The notes beneath the pieces were generated by a model. It searched no databases. It saw nothing but the letters and a program-made list of their open reading frames with translations, and was not told the DNA's origin. Below, one piece after another: positions 26,808-35,467 of a DNA stretch of 64,000 bases. The translations under genes were made by a program, and so were the position numbers. How positions within the stretch are numbered: the first letter of the stretch is position 1; every line of letters begins with the position of its first letter. The DNA comes from Mageeibacillus sp. UBA4314 (GTDB taxonomy: Bacteria; Bacillota; Clostridia; Saccharofermentanales; Saccharofermentanaceae): positions 2,161-66,160 of the forward strand of contig DGUI01000027.1 of NCBI GenBank assembly GCA_002394605.1. The letters run 5' to 3'.

Positions 26808-29387
26808 TTGGAGGTTGTTTTGCAGAATAAGTCGAAGTCGAAGTTATATTATGCCTTACTGGCATTTCTTTTTCTGCTTATACTTAAGCTTATCCTGTTC
26901 TTTGATGACAAACTCCTCGTATGGCTCTATGACGGCGCATCGCAGCATCTGTCAGCTCTCAATTATTACTCTCAGTACTTAAGAGACGTTTTCTCCGGGA
27001 TATTACAGGGGAATTTCCAGATCCCCAGGTTCGATCTGTCGATCGGTGAGGGAAGCGATATACTAACTACTTTCCATTATTACTGCATCGGCGATCCTTT
27101 CGCATTCTTCAGTGTTTTCTTCAGGGGCGAACTGGTCTATCTGTACTATGAGTTCTCGGTGTATCTGAGGTTATTCCTGTCGGGATTCTCGTTTCTGTTT
27201 TTTGCAAAACATTTCGACGGCGGAAGTCTCATGAAGAAGGCTTCGGACATCGTGGTCGCGGCAGCAGCTCTCATGTATGCGTTCTCATGCTGGTCGGTAA
27301 CTTGCATGGGCCGTCACCCGTTCTTCCTTAATCCGTGCATATTCATGCCGCTGATCCTTGCAGGCGTCGAAATGATCATAAGCAGAAAAAAGCGAGGCGT
27401 CCTTCTTCTATCCGTATTCCTGTCATCACTTTCCAATCTCTACTTCCTTTACATGATGGCACTGATCACAGTGATCTATACCATGGTCCGCCTGATCGTG
27501 ATGCATGGAAAGAACATAAGAGAATACATAAGGCCGTTATTGACTGCCGCTGTTGAGGCCGGCATTGGCGTAGTCCTGTCGGGTGCCGTTTTCTACCCGG
27601 TCGCCAGGGTATTTCTGGGCGACTCAAGAGTCGGCGGGAGCAATAACGTAGGAATATTCTACCCGCTTAAGTATTATCTGACGTTCCCTCAGTCGCTGAT
27701 ATCCGGCAACCTTGATTACTACAGGCTGTTCGGGATAGGTGCAGTAGGTGTCATCATAATCTATCTGGTATTTGTGAGGAGCTCTTCAAGACTTCTCAAG
27801 ATATTCTTTGTTATCACGGCGCTCTTCCTGATCTTCCCGGTATTCGGCACGGTCATGAACGGCTTTGCCTATGCATCCGACAGATGGTGTTTTGTCCTGC
27901 CACTGCTTACCGGTGCGGGGCTTATTGTAATATGGAACGATCTGGTCAACATAAAGAAGACCGATGCGGTAATACTCATGATCTTAATGGCAGGCGCCAT
28001 CGTGCTGTCTGTAATAGGCAAAGATATGCAGGGGATCACCGTTATGTCATTAGGCGTGGTCATGATCCTTATCATGTTTGTCATGAAGAGATTGAAGGTC
28101 AGAAGCGGCATTGCCATAGGAGTGATCGCCGTATCTGTCCTCTGCGGCATGATCTTCTATATCATCCCGTTCCTGCCGCAGCTCGCACCGATGAGCTGGC
28201 TCAATGTCTACTACAACGGCAATGAAGCGGCATACATCGCAGACATGGATAAGTCGCGTCCCTTAAGATACTCCGGCAATATCCTCACCGAAAACGTATC
28301 TCCGCTGTCACAGATCTCTTCAACGCAGTTCTACTGGAGCAACGCCAATCCGTATGTCGGAGAGTTCAGGACCGATATCGCGTCCCCTGAATACCGCCTC
28401 TATTACTACACTGGATACAATTCCTCATACACGCTCCTCAATCTGTCGGGAAGCAGATATTATGCGCAGTCCGGAATGCAGACAGAACCGCTTCCTTACG
28501 GTTACGAGAAATGCGCACATATGGATATCGGCTATGACATAATGCGCAATGTAAACGATACCTCTCTGGTCTATTCCTACGACAGAACGGTTCCTGAGCA
28601 GCAGTGGAAGAGCCTTACGCCTACTGACAGGCAGGTGCTTTTAGCACAGGCAATGGTCGTACCGGAAGATAACGGTCCTTCAGTTGACATTGCCCCGACG
28701 TCCGTAAGTTCAAGAGTTACGTCAACGGATAATGATCAGGTCACGATCGAGTTCGACGGCAGGCCCGGCAGCGAGACATATATCACATTCAGCAACATGA
28801 GATCAGATCTTGCAGATACTTTATTCTTCATTTTCGTGAATATCCCTGAGACAGGGGAGACATATGTGCTCAACTATTACACGATGTCCAACTGGTACAA
28901 CGGAAGGGATGAGTTCTCGCTCAACTTAGGCTGGCACGAGGATGCGATCCACAAAGCCGTTATCACGGTCGAGAACGATCTGAAATATCAGTGTGACTAT
29001 TCCGTATCCTGCATCGATATTAACAGTTCATCCGGGAATATCAAAAGAAGGTTTGAGGTCAAGCCTGAGAACCTGAGCGTTGAGGCGCGCGGCACAAAGA
29101 TCAGCTACTCTGTCGATTCTCCTGATGAGAGATATTATGTTCTGGCAGTTCCGTATTCCAAGGGATGGACGGCTTATGTTGACGGCAGCAAGGCTGAGAT
29201 ACTGCGATCAAATATACAGTACATGGCTGTTAAGCTTGATAAGGGCAGGCATGATGTCATGTTCGTCTATTCGGGTGATCAGGACACGGGTATTTATATG
29301 AGCATAGCAGGACTTATTGCTACCGCAATATATCTTGTCTGTGGTAAAATCATAGATAGAAAACGATCAGAGGAGATTGCACCATAA
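26808..29387 (+). CDS. YfhO-family GT-C glycosyltransferase (copy 3)
   Basis: DGASQH loop, W-less 'IGEGSDI...YYCIGDPF', HPFFLNP, NGFAY..DRW, AVPYSKGWTAYVDG + C-terminal TM. Confidence 0.88.
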   Translation: MEVVLQNKSKSKLYYALLAFLFLLILKLILFFDDKLLVWLYDGASQHLSALNYYSQYLRDVFSGILQGNFQIPRFDLSIGEGSDILTTFHYYCIGDPFAFFSVFFRGELVYLYYEFSVYLRLFLSGFSFLFFAKHFDGGSLMKKASDIVVAAAALMYAFSCWSVTCMGRHPFFLNPCIFMPLILAGVEMIISRKKRGVLLLSVFLSSLSNLYFLYMMALITVIYTMVRLIVMHGKNIREYIRPLLTAAVEAGIGVVLSGAVFYPVARVFLGDSRVGGSNNVGIFYPLKYYLTFPQSLISGNLDYYRLFGIGAVGVIIIYLVFVRSSSRLLKIFFVITALFLIFPVFGTVMNGFAYASDRWCFVLPLLTGAGLIVIWNDLVNIKKTDAVILMILMAGAIVLSVIGKDMQGITVMSLGVVMILIMFVMKRLKVRSGIAIGVIAVSVLCGMIFYIIPFLPQLAPMSWLNVYYNGNEAAYIADMDKSRPLRYSGNILTENVSPLSQISSTQFYWSNANPYVGEFRTDIASPEYRLYYYTGYNSSYTLLNLSGSRYYAQSGMQTEPLPYGYEKCAHMDIGYDIMRNVNDTSLVYSYDRTVPEQQWKSLTPTDRQVLLAQAMVVPEDNGPSVDIAPTSVSSRVTSTDNDQVTIEFDGRPGSETYITFSNMRSDLADTLFFIFVNIPETGETYVLNYYTMSNWYNGRDEFSLNLGWHEDAIHKAVITVENDLKYQCDYSVSCIDINSSSGNIKRRFEVKPENLSVEARGTKISYSVDSPDERYYVLAVPYSKGWTAYVDGSKAEILRSNIQYMAVKLDKGRHDVMFVYSGDQDTGIYMSIAGLIATAIYLVCGKIIDRKRSEEIAP

Positions 29388-30097
29388 TGGATACTTTATA
29401 TGTTGTCATGCCGGCTTATAACGAGGAAGAGAATATCGAGGCTGTTATAAGACAGTGGTATCCGGTGCTGGCATTGGGTTCTTCCGATTCCAGACTTGTC
29501 ATAGCTGACAGCGGAAGCGTTGACAAGACACACGATATAATCGAGGGGATGAAGGAGAACGGCTATCCTCAGCTTGAGGCATATCCCGATACATTGAAGC
29601 AGCATGGCCCCAAGGTTATCGCACTCTACAAGTATGCGATCGATCATGGCGCTGATTATGTTTTCCAGACTGACTCTGACGGACAGACAAATCCTGATGA
29701 GTTCACGGCATTCTGGGAGATGAGGAATGCATATGATGCTCTGTTCGGAAGAAGGGTCAACAGGGGAGACGGTAAGTCGAGAGCTTTCGTGGAGAAGGTT
29801 GTATGTTTCCTTCTGAGGCTTTATTTCGGAGTTAAGGTCAAGGATGCGAATGCGCCATTCAGACTCTTTAAGACTGATGTGCTCAGCAAGTATGTCGGAA
29901 GATTCGAAGAGGATTATAACCTTCCTAATATCATGCTCACGACATTCTATGCTTACTATCATGAGAATTACTGTTTCCGCGACATCACTTTCAAGCCCAG
30001 GCAGGGCGGTGTTAATTCCATTAACATCAAGAAGATCTTTAAGATCGGCTGGAAGGCATTAGGTGATTTCCGCAGGTTCAAGAAGACGATGCGATGA
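29387..30097 (+). CDS. GT2 glycosyltransferase (polyprenol-phosphate sugar synthase, CsbB/GtrB/DPM1-like)
   Basis: VVMPAYNEEENI, D.GS.D.T, QTDSDGQ, D.NAPFRL; coupled to YfhO-3 (TAATG). Confidence 0.9.
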   Translation: MDTLYVVMPAYNEEENIEAVIRQWYPVLALGSSDSRLVIADSGSVDKTHDIIEGMKENGYPQLEAYPDTLKQHGPKVIALYKYAIDHGADYVFQTDSDGQTNPDEFTAFWEMRNAYDALFGRRVNRGDGKSRAFVEKVVCFLLRLYFGVKVKDANAPFRLFKTDVLSKYVGRFEEDYNLPNIMLTTFYAYYHENYCFRDITFKPRQGGVNSINIKKIFKIGWKALGDFRRFKKTMR

Positions 30098-30471
30098 GGA
30101 AGCCCGTTAATAAAGGTTTGAGGAATGCCCTTATAGCGGGGGTGCTGTTCCTTCTTGCAGGCATCGGGTATTATGTTTTTATCAGGATCACCGGAACTAC
30201 GATCCATTGCACCATAAGATCCGTAACCGGGTATCTGTGTCCCACATGCGGCATAACCCATATGTTCATGAACCTGTTTGAGTTCAAGTTTGCCGAGGCA
30301 TTCAGGTGTAATCCGTTTATGTTCATAACCTGGCCGCTCATAGGCGCGGAGATACTTTATATCTTCTATGTCGGGGGCAATAACAGGGAACTTCCCAAAT
30401 GGAATTACGTAATGCTGTATATATATATTGGTTTATTGATCTCTTATGGTATAATCAGAAATGTTATTTAA
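30094..30471 (+). CDS. DUF2752 family membrane protein
   Basis: C.IRSVTGYLCPTCGITH.F..L....F.EAFRCNP motif. Confidence 0.85.
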   Translation: MRKPVNKGLRNALIAGVLFLLAGIGYYVFIRITGTTIHCTIRSVTGYLCPTCGITHMFMNLFEFKFAEAFRCNPFMFITWPLIGAEILYIFYVGGNNRELPKWNYVMLYIYIGLLISYGIIRNVI

Positions 30472-30501
30472 CAAATATTTTTATCAATAGGGGGTCTAGA
30501 T

Positions 30502-30864
30502 ATGGAAAATCAGGAATTCCAGAACTACGGACAGGTCTACAACCAGATGAATGACGGCGGAAGCGCACCTTCAGGCGGTAAGGGTCTTGCAGTTGCATCA
30601 CTGGTTCTTGGCATTGTAGGTGCGGTAATGGGATGCTGCTTTTATATAGTTGGTATCGGGTGCGGTATTGCTGCAATTGTCATGGGTGCTATTGCTAAGA
30701 AGAAGGGACAGCGCGGAATGGCTACAGCTGGTCTAATTCTTGGTATCATTGCAACTGTTATCTATGCAGGTGCTTGGATATTCACTATTATTTATGCTTC
30801 AACGCATCCGGAGTATATGGAGAATTACAACAGAATTATGAACTCACTCCTCGGCAAGAAGTAA
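30502..30864 (+). CDS. DUF4190 family membrane protein
   Basis: GLAVASLVLGIVG...CC...GI..GI.AIVMG...K....G.A.AGLILGII. Confidence 0.82.
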   Translation: MENQEFQNYGQVYNQMNDGGSAPSGGKGLAVASLVLGIVGAVMGCCFYIVGIGCGIAAIVMGAIAKKKGQRGMATAGLILGIIATVIYAGAWIFTIIYASTHPEYMENYNRIMNSLLGKK

Positions 30865-30891
30865 TACCTGATAAGAGTCTAAGATCAAACG

Positions 30892-30920
30892 GAGCCGGTC
30901 CTTTACGGGACCGGCTTTTT
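30892..30920 (+). terminator. Intrinsic terminator
   Basis: GCCGGTCC-tttacg-GGACCGGC followed by TTTTT. Confidence 0.8.
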
Positions 30921-30940
30921 ATGATCTTTGAAAATAATTG

Positions 30941-30969
30941 TTGACAAAACCTGATACTCCAGATAAAAT
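30941..30969 (+). promoter_or_regulatory. SigA promoter of metY
   Basis: TTGACA-N17-TAAAAT. Confidence 0.82.
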
Positions 30970-30974
30970 ACCAT

Positions 30975-30999
30975 AAAACCTATCGAACAGATAGGAATT
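30975..30999 (+). promoter_or_regulatory. CymR/Rrf2-like operator overlapping the transcription start
   Basis: AAAACCTATCGAACAGATAGGAATT contains the CCTATC-N5-GATAGG palindrome and the ATNGGAATT end recalled for the B. subtilis CymR box. Confidence 0.55.
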
Positions 31000-31022
31000 A
31001 TAGAAAAAGGAAAAGGCACATC

Positions 31023-31079
31023 ATGATCAACTACTTTGAATCATTGGTAAGAGCTAATTACAGATGCGGACGAATGTGA
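31023..31079 (+). CDS. Putative 18-aa leader peptide MINYFESLVRANYRCGRM
   Basis: AAGGAAAAGG RBS, ATG 31023, TGA 31077-31079; lies within the metY 5' leader and ends in Cys-Gly-Arg-Met. Confidence 0.5.
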   Translation: MINYFESLVRANYRCGRM

Positions 31080-31140
31080 TCCCGCTGTTCTGACGCACTT
31101 TATTAAATTACCAACTATTCATATAAAAGGAGAATCGATC

Positions 31141-32424
31141 ATGAGTAACTATAGATTTGAGACACTTCAGCTTCACGTAGGACAGGAACAGGCAGATCCC
31201 GCAACAGATTCCAGAGCAGTACCTATTTATCAGACAACATCATACGTATTCCATAATTCAGCACACGCTGCTGCAAGATTCGGTCTTGCCGATGCAGGCA
31301 ACATCTACGGAAGACTTACAAATTCCACACAGGATGTATTGGAGAAGAGAGTGGCAGCACTGGAGGGCGGTGTTGCAGCACTCGCAGTAGCTTCAGGCGC
31401 AGCAGCCATCACATATGCACTCGAGGCGCTCGCACAGGCAGGTGACCATATCGTTGCACAGAAGTCCATCTACGGCGGTTCTTACAACCTTTTGGCACAT
31501 ACCCTTAAGCTCCTCGGTGTCGATACGACATTCGTTGATATCCACAACCTTGCAGAGGTAGAGGGCGCGATCCGTCCTAATACGAAGGCAGTATTCCTTG
31601 AGACGCTCGGCAACCCCAACAGTGATATCCCCGATATCGAGGCAGTGGCAGCAATTGCCCACAAGAACAGCATCCCCGTAGTCATCGATAATACTTTCGG
31701 TACGCCTTACCTTATCCGTCCGATCGAGCACGGCGCTGACATCGTTGTACATTCAGCTACGAAGTTCCTCGGTGGACACGGCACGACATTGGGCGGCATC
31801 ATCGTTGATTCCGGCAAGTTCGACTGGAAGGCAGCAGGCAAGTTTGCCCCCATCGCAGATGCAAACCCCAGCTATCACGGAATCTCTTTCGCGGATGCAG
31901 TTGGACCTGCAGCATATGTAACATACATCAGGGCTATCCTGCTCCGTGATACAGGCGCTGCCATCTCACCGTTCAATGCTTTCCTGCTCCTGCAGGGTAT
32001 CGAGACCCTGTCACTGAGACTTGAGCGTCACGTTGAGAACACGAAGAAGGTTATCGAGTTCCTGTCTGACAACCCCAAGGTTGCAAAGATCAACCACCCT
32101 TCACTTGCTGATCATCCGCAGAACGCACTCTACAGGAAGTACTTCCCTAACGGCGCAGGATCGATCTTCACTTTCGACATCAAGGGCGGTCAGGAAGAAG
32201 CACACAAGTTTATAGATGCACTTGAGATATTCTCTCTGCTCGCTAACGTTGCTGATGTTAAGTCACTTGTTATCCATCCTGCCACAACTACTCATTCGCA
32301 GTTGTCAGCAGAGGAACTGGCTGATATCGGCATCAATCCCGGAACGATCAGACTGTCCATCGGTACTGAGCATATCGATGACATCCTTGCTGATCTGCAG
32401 AAGGGCTTCGACGCATTAAACTAA
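31141..32424 (+). CDS. metY: O-acetylhomoserine aminocarboxypropyltransferase/sulfhydrylase
   Basis: FETLQLHVGQE, VPIYQTTSY, YGRLTN, HSATKFLGGHG (PLP Lys), ANVADVKSLVIHPA.TTH. Confidence 0.95.
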   Translation: MSNYRFETLQLHVGQEQADPATDSRAVPIYQTTSYVFHNSAHAAARFGLADAGNIYGRLTNSTQDVLEKRVAALEGGVAALAVASGAAAITYALEALAQAGDHIVAQKSIYGGSYNLLAHTLKLLGVDTTFVDIHNLAEVEGAIRPNTKAVFLETLGNPNSDIPDIEAVAAIAHKNSIPVVIDNTFGTPYLIRPIEHGADIVVHSATKFLGGHGTTLGGIIVDSGKFDWKAAGKFAPIADANPSYHGISFADAVGPAAYVTYIRAILLRDTGAAISPFNAFLLLQGIETLSLRLERHVENTKKVIEFLSDNPKVAKINHPSLADHPQNALYRKYFPNGAGSIFTFDIKGGQEEAHKFIDALEIFSLLANVADVKSLVIHPATTTHSQLSAEELADIGINPGTIRLSIGTEHIDDILADLQKGFDALN

Positions 32425-32440
32425 GAGCCATATAACAAAG

Positions 32441-32482
32441 AAGGAGCCGGGCATCTCCAATTGAAGACCCGGCTCCTTTTTT
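32441..32482. terminator. Bidirectional intrinsic terminator
   Basis: AAGGAGCCGGG...CCCGGCTCCTT followed by TTTT. Confidence 0.82.
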
Positions 32483-32500
32483 GTTTGTCTTAAAAACCGA

Positions 32501-32935
32501 TCACTTAACGATCTTGATCTTATCTCCAATAACGGGAATAGAGAAAGGAAGATTCCTTGCGGCGCTGATGATGCCGAGTACTCTCAGAGCGATGATACCG
32601 CCGTAAACACCGAATGAGAGGATGGAGATGAGGAATCCGAGATGGAGCAATCCGAAAACTAGCCCCAGAATGAACAGTGTGATGCCGCATGCACCTGTAG
32701 CGATATCGATGAGGATACCATTGTTAACATGTCCCCTGACGAAAGGCATGGTCTTCTCAGGTCTGATGAGGAGACCCAAGAGCCAGAGCATACCGCAATA
32801 AGCGAGGATGCTGAACAGCTTGGCATTGGTTCCTGCGGGAGCAGACTGCTGATTTGTATAAGGCTCGGGCTGACTTAAGATCTGCTTGGCCTGTGCTGAT
32901 TCCTGAGAAGGATCATAGTTCTGATTGTTTTCCAT
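32501..32935 (-). CDS. DUF4870-like membrane protein
   Basis: 'FSILAY.G.LWL.GL......FVR.H.N.G.L...' and 'IPVIG' pattern; three TMs. Confidence 0.65.
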   Translation of the reverse strand: MENNQNYDPSQESAQAKQILSQPEPYTNQQSAPAGTNAKLFSILAYCGMLWLLGLLIRPEKTMPFVRGHVNNGILIDIATGACGITLFILGLVFGLLHLGFLISILSFGVYGGIIALRVLGIISAARNLPFSIPVIGDKIKIVK

Positions 32936-33025
32936 ATTATTCCCTCCATATGCGCATAATGGTAATATAGTATCATTATACTTTAAAAGTTTTCATTTTG
33001 GAAAAATATTGAACGGGAATGGACA

Positions 33026-33748
33026 ATGAAAGTAACAAGATATCACAAAGGCGATAAAACAACATATTCTCTGGGCGCAACGGTCACGATGGAGTATCTG
33101 GTAAACAGGCCTTCTATAGTACGTGCCGTCATCCTGCATCCTGATACGTCACCTGAGATAACGGACAGGATAAAGGAACTCTGCAAAGGAACCGGCATTG
33201 AGATCACATACGATGCCAAGGCATTTAACATTCTCTCCCAGAAAGAGAACTGCTTTGTAATAGGCGTCATCGATGTTGAGGAAGACAGGATAGGGGAGGG
33301 TTCCCATGTCGTCCTGGTCAACCCGTCCAACAGTGGCAACATGGGAACCATAGTAAGGAGCTGTGCAGGTTTTGGTATAGACGGCATAGCAATAGTCCTT
33401 CCGGCTGCTGACATTCATGATCCCAAGACGATAAGGGCCTCCATGGGGGCGACGTCGAGGGTCAATGTGGAAGTGTTCGAGACTTTCGAAATGTATAGAG
33501 AGAGGTTCCCGGATAATAATCTGTACCCGTTTATGCTCGATGGAAGCAAGCTTTTGCAGGAAACGGAGATAATAAGCCCGTTTAGCCTGATCATGGGCAA
33601 CGAGGGATCAGGGTTGCCTCAAAAGTTCCGGTATATCGGACAGCCTGTCAGGATAGAACATACAAACGCCATAGACAGCCTTAATCTGCCGATTGCGACC
33701 AGTATCGGACTGTATGAAGCCACAAAGAAGCGTTTTATTGAAAAATAA
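33026..33748 (+). CDS. TrmH/SpoU-family RNA methyltransferase
   Basis: NPSNSGNMGTIVRS, K.IRASMG, IMGNEG.GL, SLNL..A..I.LYE. Confidence 0.9.
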   Translation: MKVTRYHKGDKTTYSLGATVTMEYLVNRPSIVRAVILHPDTSPEITDRIKELCKGTGIEITYDAKAFNILSQKENCFVIGVIDVEEDRIGEGSHVVLVNPSNSGNMGTIVRSCAGFGIDGIAIVLPAADIHDPKTIRASMGATSRVNVEVFETFEMYRERFPDNNLYPFMLDGSKLLQETEIISPFSLIMGNEGSGLPQKFRYIGQPVRIEHTNAIDSLNLPIATSIGLYEATKKRFIEK

Positions 33749-33751
33749 CTA

Positions 33752-33780
33752 TTGATAATCAAAAACAATCATGATAGACT
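33752..33780 (+). promoter_or_regulatory. Promoter of rpsT
   Basis: TTGATA-N17-TAGACT with TG extension. Confidence 0.65.
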
Positions 33781-33824
33781 TATCGGGTTAAATTAAGATT
33801 ATTATTAATACGGAGGAGATACTA

Positions 33825-34082
33825 ATGCCTAACATTAAGTCAGCTATCAAGCGTGTAAGCGTAACTGAGAAGAAGACAGCTGCCAACAAGATGAAGAAGA
33901 GCGAGATCCGCACTACTGTCAAGAAGGCTAAGGCTTCCGTTGCTGCAGGTGAGGCAACTCCCGAGACATTGAAGAATGTCCAGAAGACACTGGATCAGGC
34001 AGCAGCAAAGGGCCACATCAGCAAGCAGGCTGCATCCAGGACAAAATCAAGGATCGCTAAGGCTGCTAATGCCGCAAAGTGA
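33825..34082 (+). CDS. rpsT: 30S ribosomal protein S20
   Basis: MPNIKSAIKR...N...KS..RT..KK, LDQAAAKG.I.K..ASR.KSR. Confidence 0.97.
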   Translation: MPNIKSAIKRVSVTEKKTAANKMKKSEIRTTVKKAKASVAAGEATPETLKNVQKTLDQAAAKGHISKQAASRTKSRIAKAANAAK

Positions 34083-34109
34083 TCGGTTGTTTTGAGCAAT
34101 TATATTAAG

Positions 34110-34145
34110 ACGCAAATGTGTTGCACACATTTGCGTTTCTTTTTT
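34110..34145. terminator. Bidirectional intrinsic terminator
   Basis: ACGCAAATGTGT-tgc-ACACATTTGCGT followed by TTCTTTTTT. Confidence 0.85.
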
Positions 34146-34149
34146 GTTC

Positions 34150-35391
34150 TCACACAACAACAGGCGGAATGTCGCGGGAATACCCGGGCGGCATGCCCAT
34201 TACAGCCCCCGCCAGATCATCCGCCTGTAGACTTAAGCCGGCACACGCCTTAAGTTCACTGTGTTCCAGAAAATCCGAGTAATTATGGATGATCGGGAGT
34301 CTGCTGCATTTTCCCATTATCTTCAGGCAGTATCTCCCGTCGTGATCGAAGCCGAGGACACGTATATACATAGGTTCCTTGCTGATCATATCATCGCGGA
34401 TGCCCAGGATCATCATGGTAAGGGCGCGGTATATCCTCGGCATCGTAAAGTGCTTCGTTGCAAGCTTTGAGGAAAGAGCATCAAATGTATCTTCCCCTGT
34501 CCTCAGATCATTCAGGACATTGCTGACATAACCGGCGAGCCCGTCGCCCATGAACCTTATATCCTGAATATCGTTGCGGGGACATGAGATCACCCTGGAA
34601 GCATACGCATCCGGGTCAGCAGGATGGAACTTGCCGCATGACATGGCACTGAGCATGACTGAGGCAGCTTTGTCCGGCATCTTGCCGTTAACGGCAGATG
34701 CGACCTGTGACAACGTTCCTGAAGTGCCATATATTGCTGTCCTTATGGCAGATGCTGAATAGAACTCCTGTTCATCCCCATGATCCGTGTCAGAGTAACC
34801 CTGACCTTCACGGGGGATCATATGGATCTTAAACTTGGCCCCAAACTTCCTTATCGCCTTCATATACTCTATCGCGAGGATGGTGTTGGGGGACTTCAGG
34901 GCATCCTTGAGATCTCCGTCACCCGTCATACCCGTAACTGCAAGTACAGCCTTGGAGTTTGCCAGCGGGAAAGAATCCCCCGAACTTAATGCATCCTTGA
35001 GTGCCTCTTTATACTGTTCGCTCTCATAGAGCGACGGGTCTGACAATGTTTCAACCAGCTCAGGCGAACTGCAGTCGATCCCCCAGGCGATATCAGTAAC
35101 GACGCCCGTTGCCATAAGCGACCTGACGGCACCCTGCGCAAACTCCGAAGCCGGTGCACACGCAAACTCTACGGGCAGTTCCAGAACAACGTTGCTGCCG
35201 CACAAAAGAGACTGACGTGCCCTGATATGCTTGGGCGCGACGGAAGGAAGCCCCCTCTGCGTCAACGGTCCGCTCATTATGCTCATGACGATGGCGCGCG
35301 GGTCCCCGACGCGCTTCCTGGCTTCTGATATCAGGTATTCATGGCCCTTGTGAAAAGGATTATATTCTGCGATTATCCCAATAACTCTCAT
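34150..35391 (-). CDS. tmcAL: tRNA(Met) cytidine acetate ligase (YlbM/TmcAL)
   Basis: IIAEYNPFHKGH, SG..TQRG.P, VLELP, PN.ILAIEY, SASAIR, IRVLGF...GR. Confidence 0.88.
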   Translation of the reverse strand: MRVIGIIAEYNPFHKGHEYLISEARKRVGDPRAIVMSIMSGPLTQRGLPSVAPKHIRARQSLLCGSNVVLELPVEFACAPASEFAQGAVRSLMATGVVTDIAWGIDCSSPELVETLSDPSLYESEQYKEALKDALSSGDSFPLANSKAVLAVTGMTGDGDLKDALKSPNTILAIEYMKAIRKFGAKFKIHMIPREGQGYSDTDHGDEQEFYSASAIRTAIYGTSGTLSQVASAVNGKMPDKAASVMLSAMSCGKFHPADPDAYASRVISCPRNDIQDIRFMGDGLAGYVSNVLNDLRTGEDTFDALSSKLATKHFTMPRIYRALTMMILGIRDDMISKEPMYIRVLGFDHDGRYCLKIMGKCSRLPIIHNYSDFLEHSELKACAGLSLQADDLAGAVMGMPPGYSRDIPPVVV

Positions 35392-35467
35392 TACTCATTA
35401 TTACCTTAAAATAGTCCTGCAAGTGGTTTATAATCTGAATTATATTTCAAAAGGACGGTGTTATGCA

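Noticed and set aside
30970-31140. SAM-I riboswitch or T-box upstream of metY
   Set aside because: No ATC...GAT P1 / kink-turn pattern and no GGTGGTACCGCG T-box sequence
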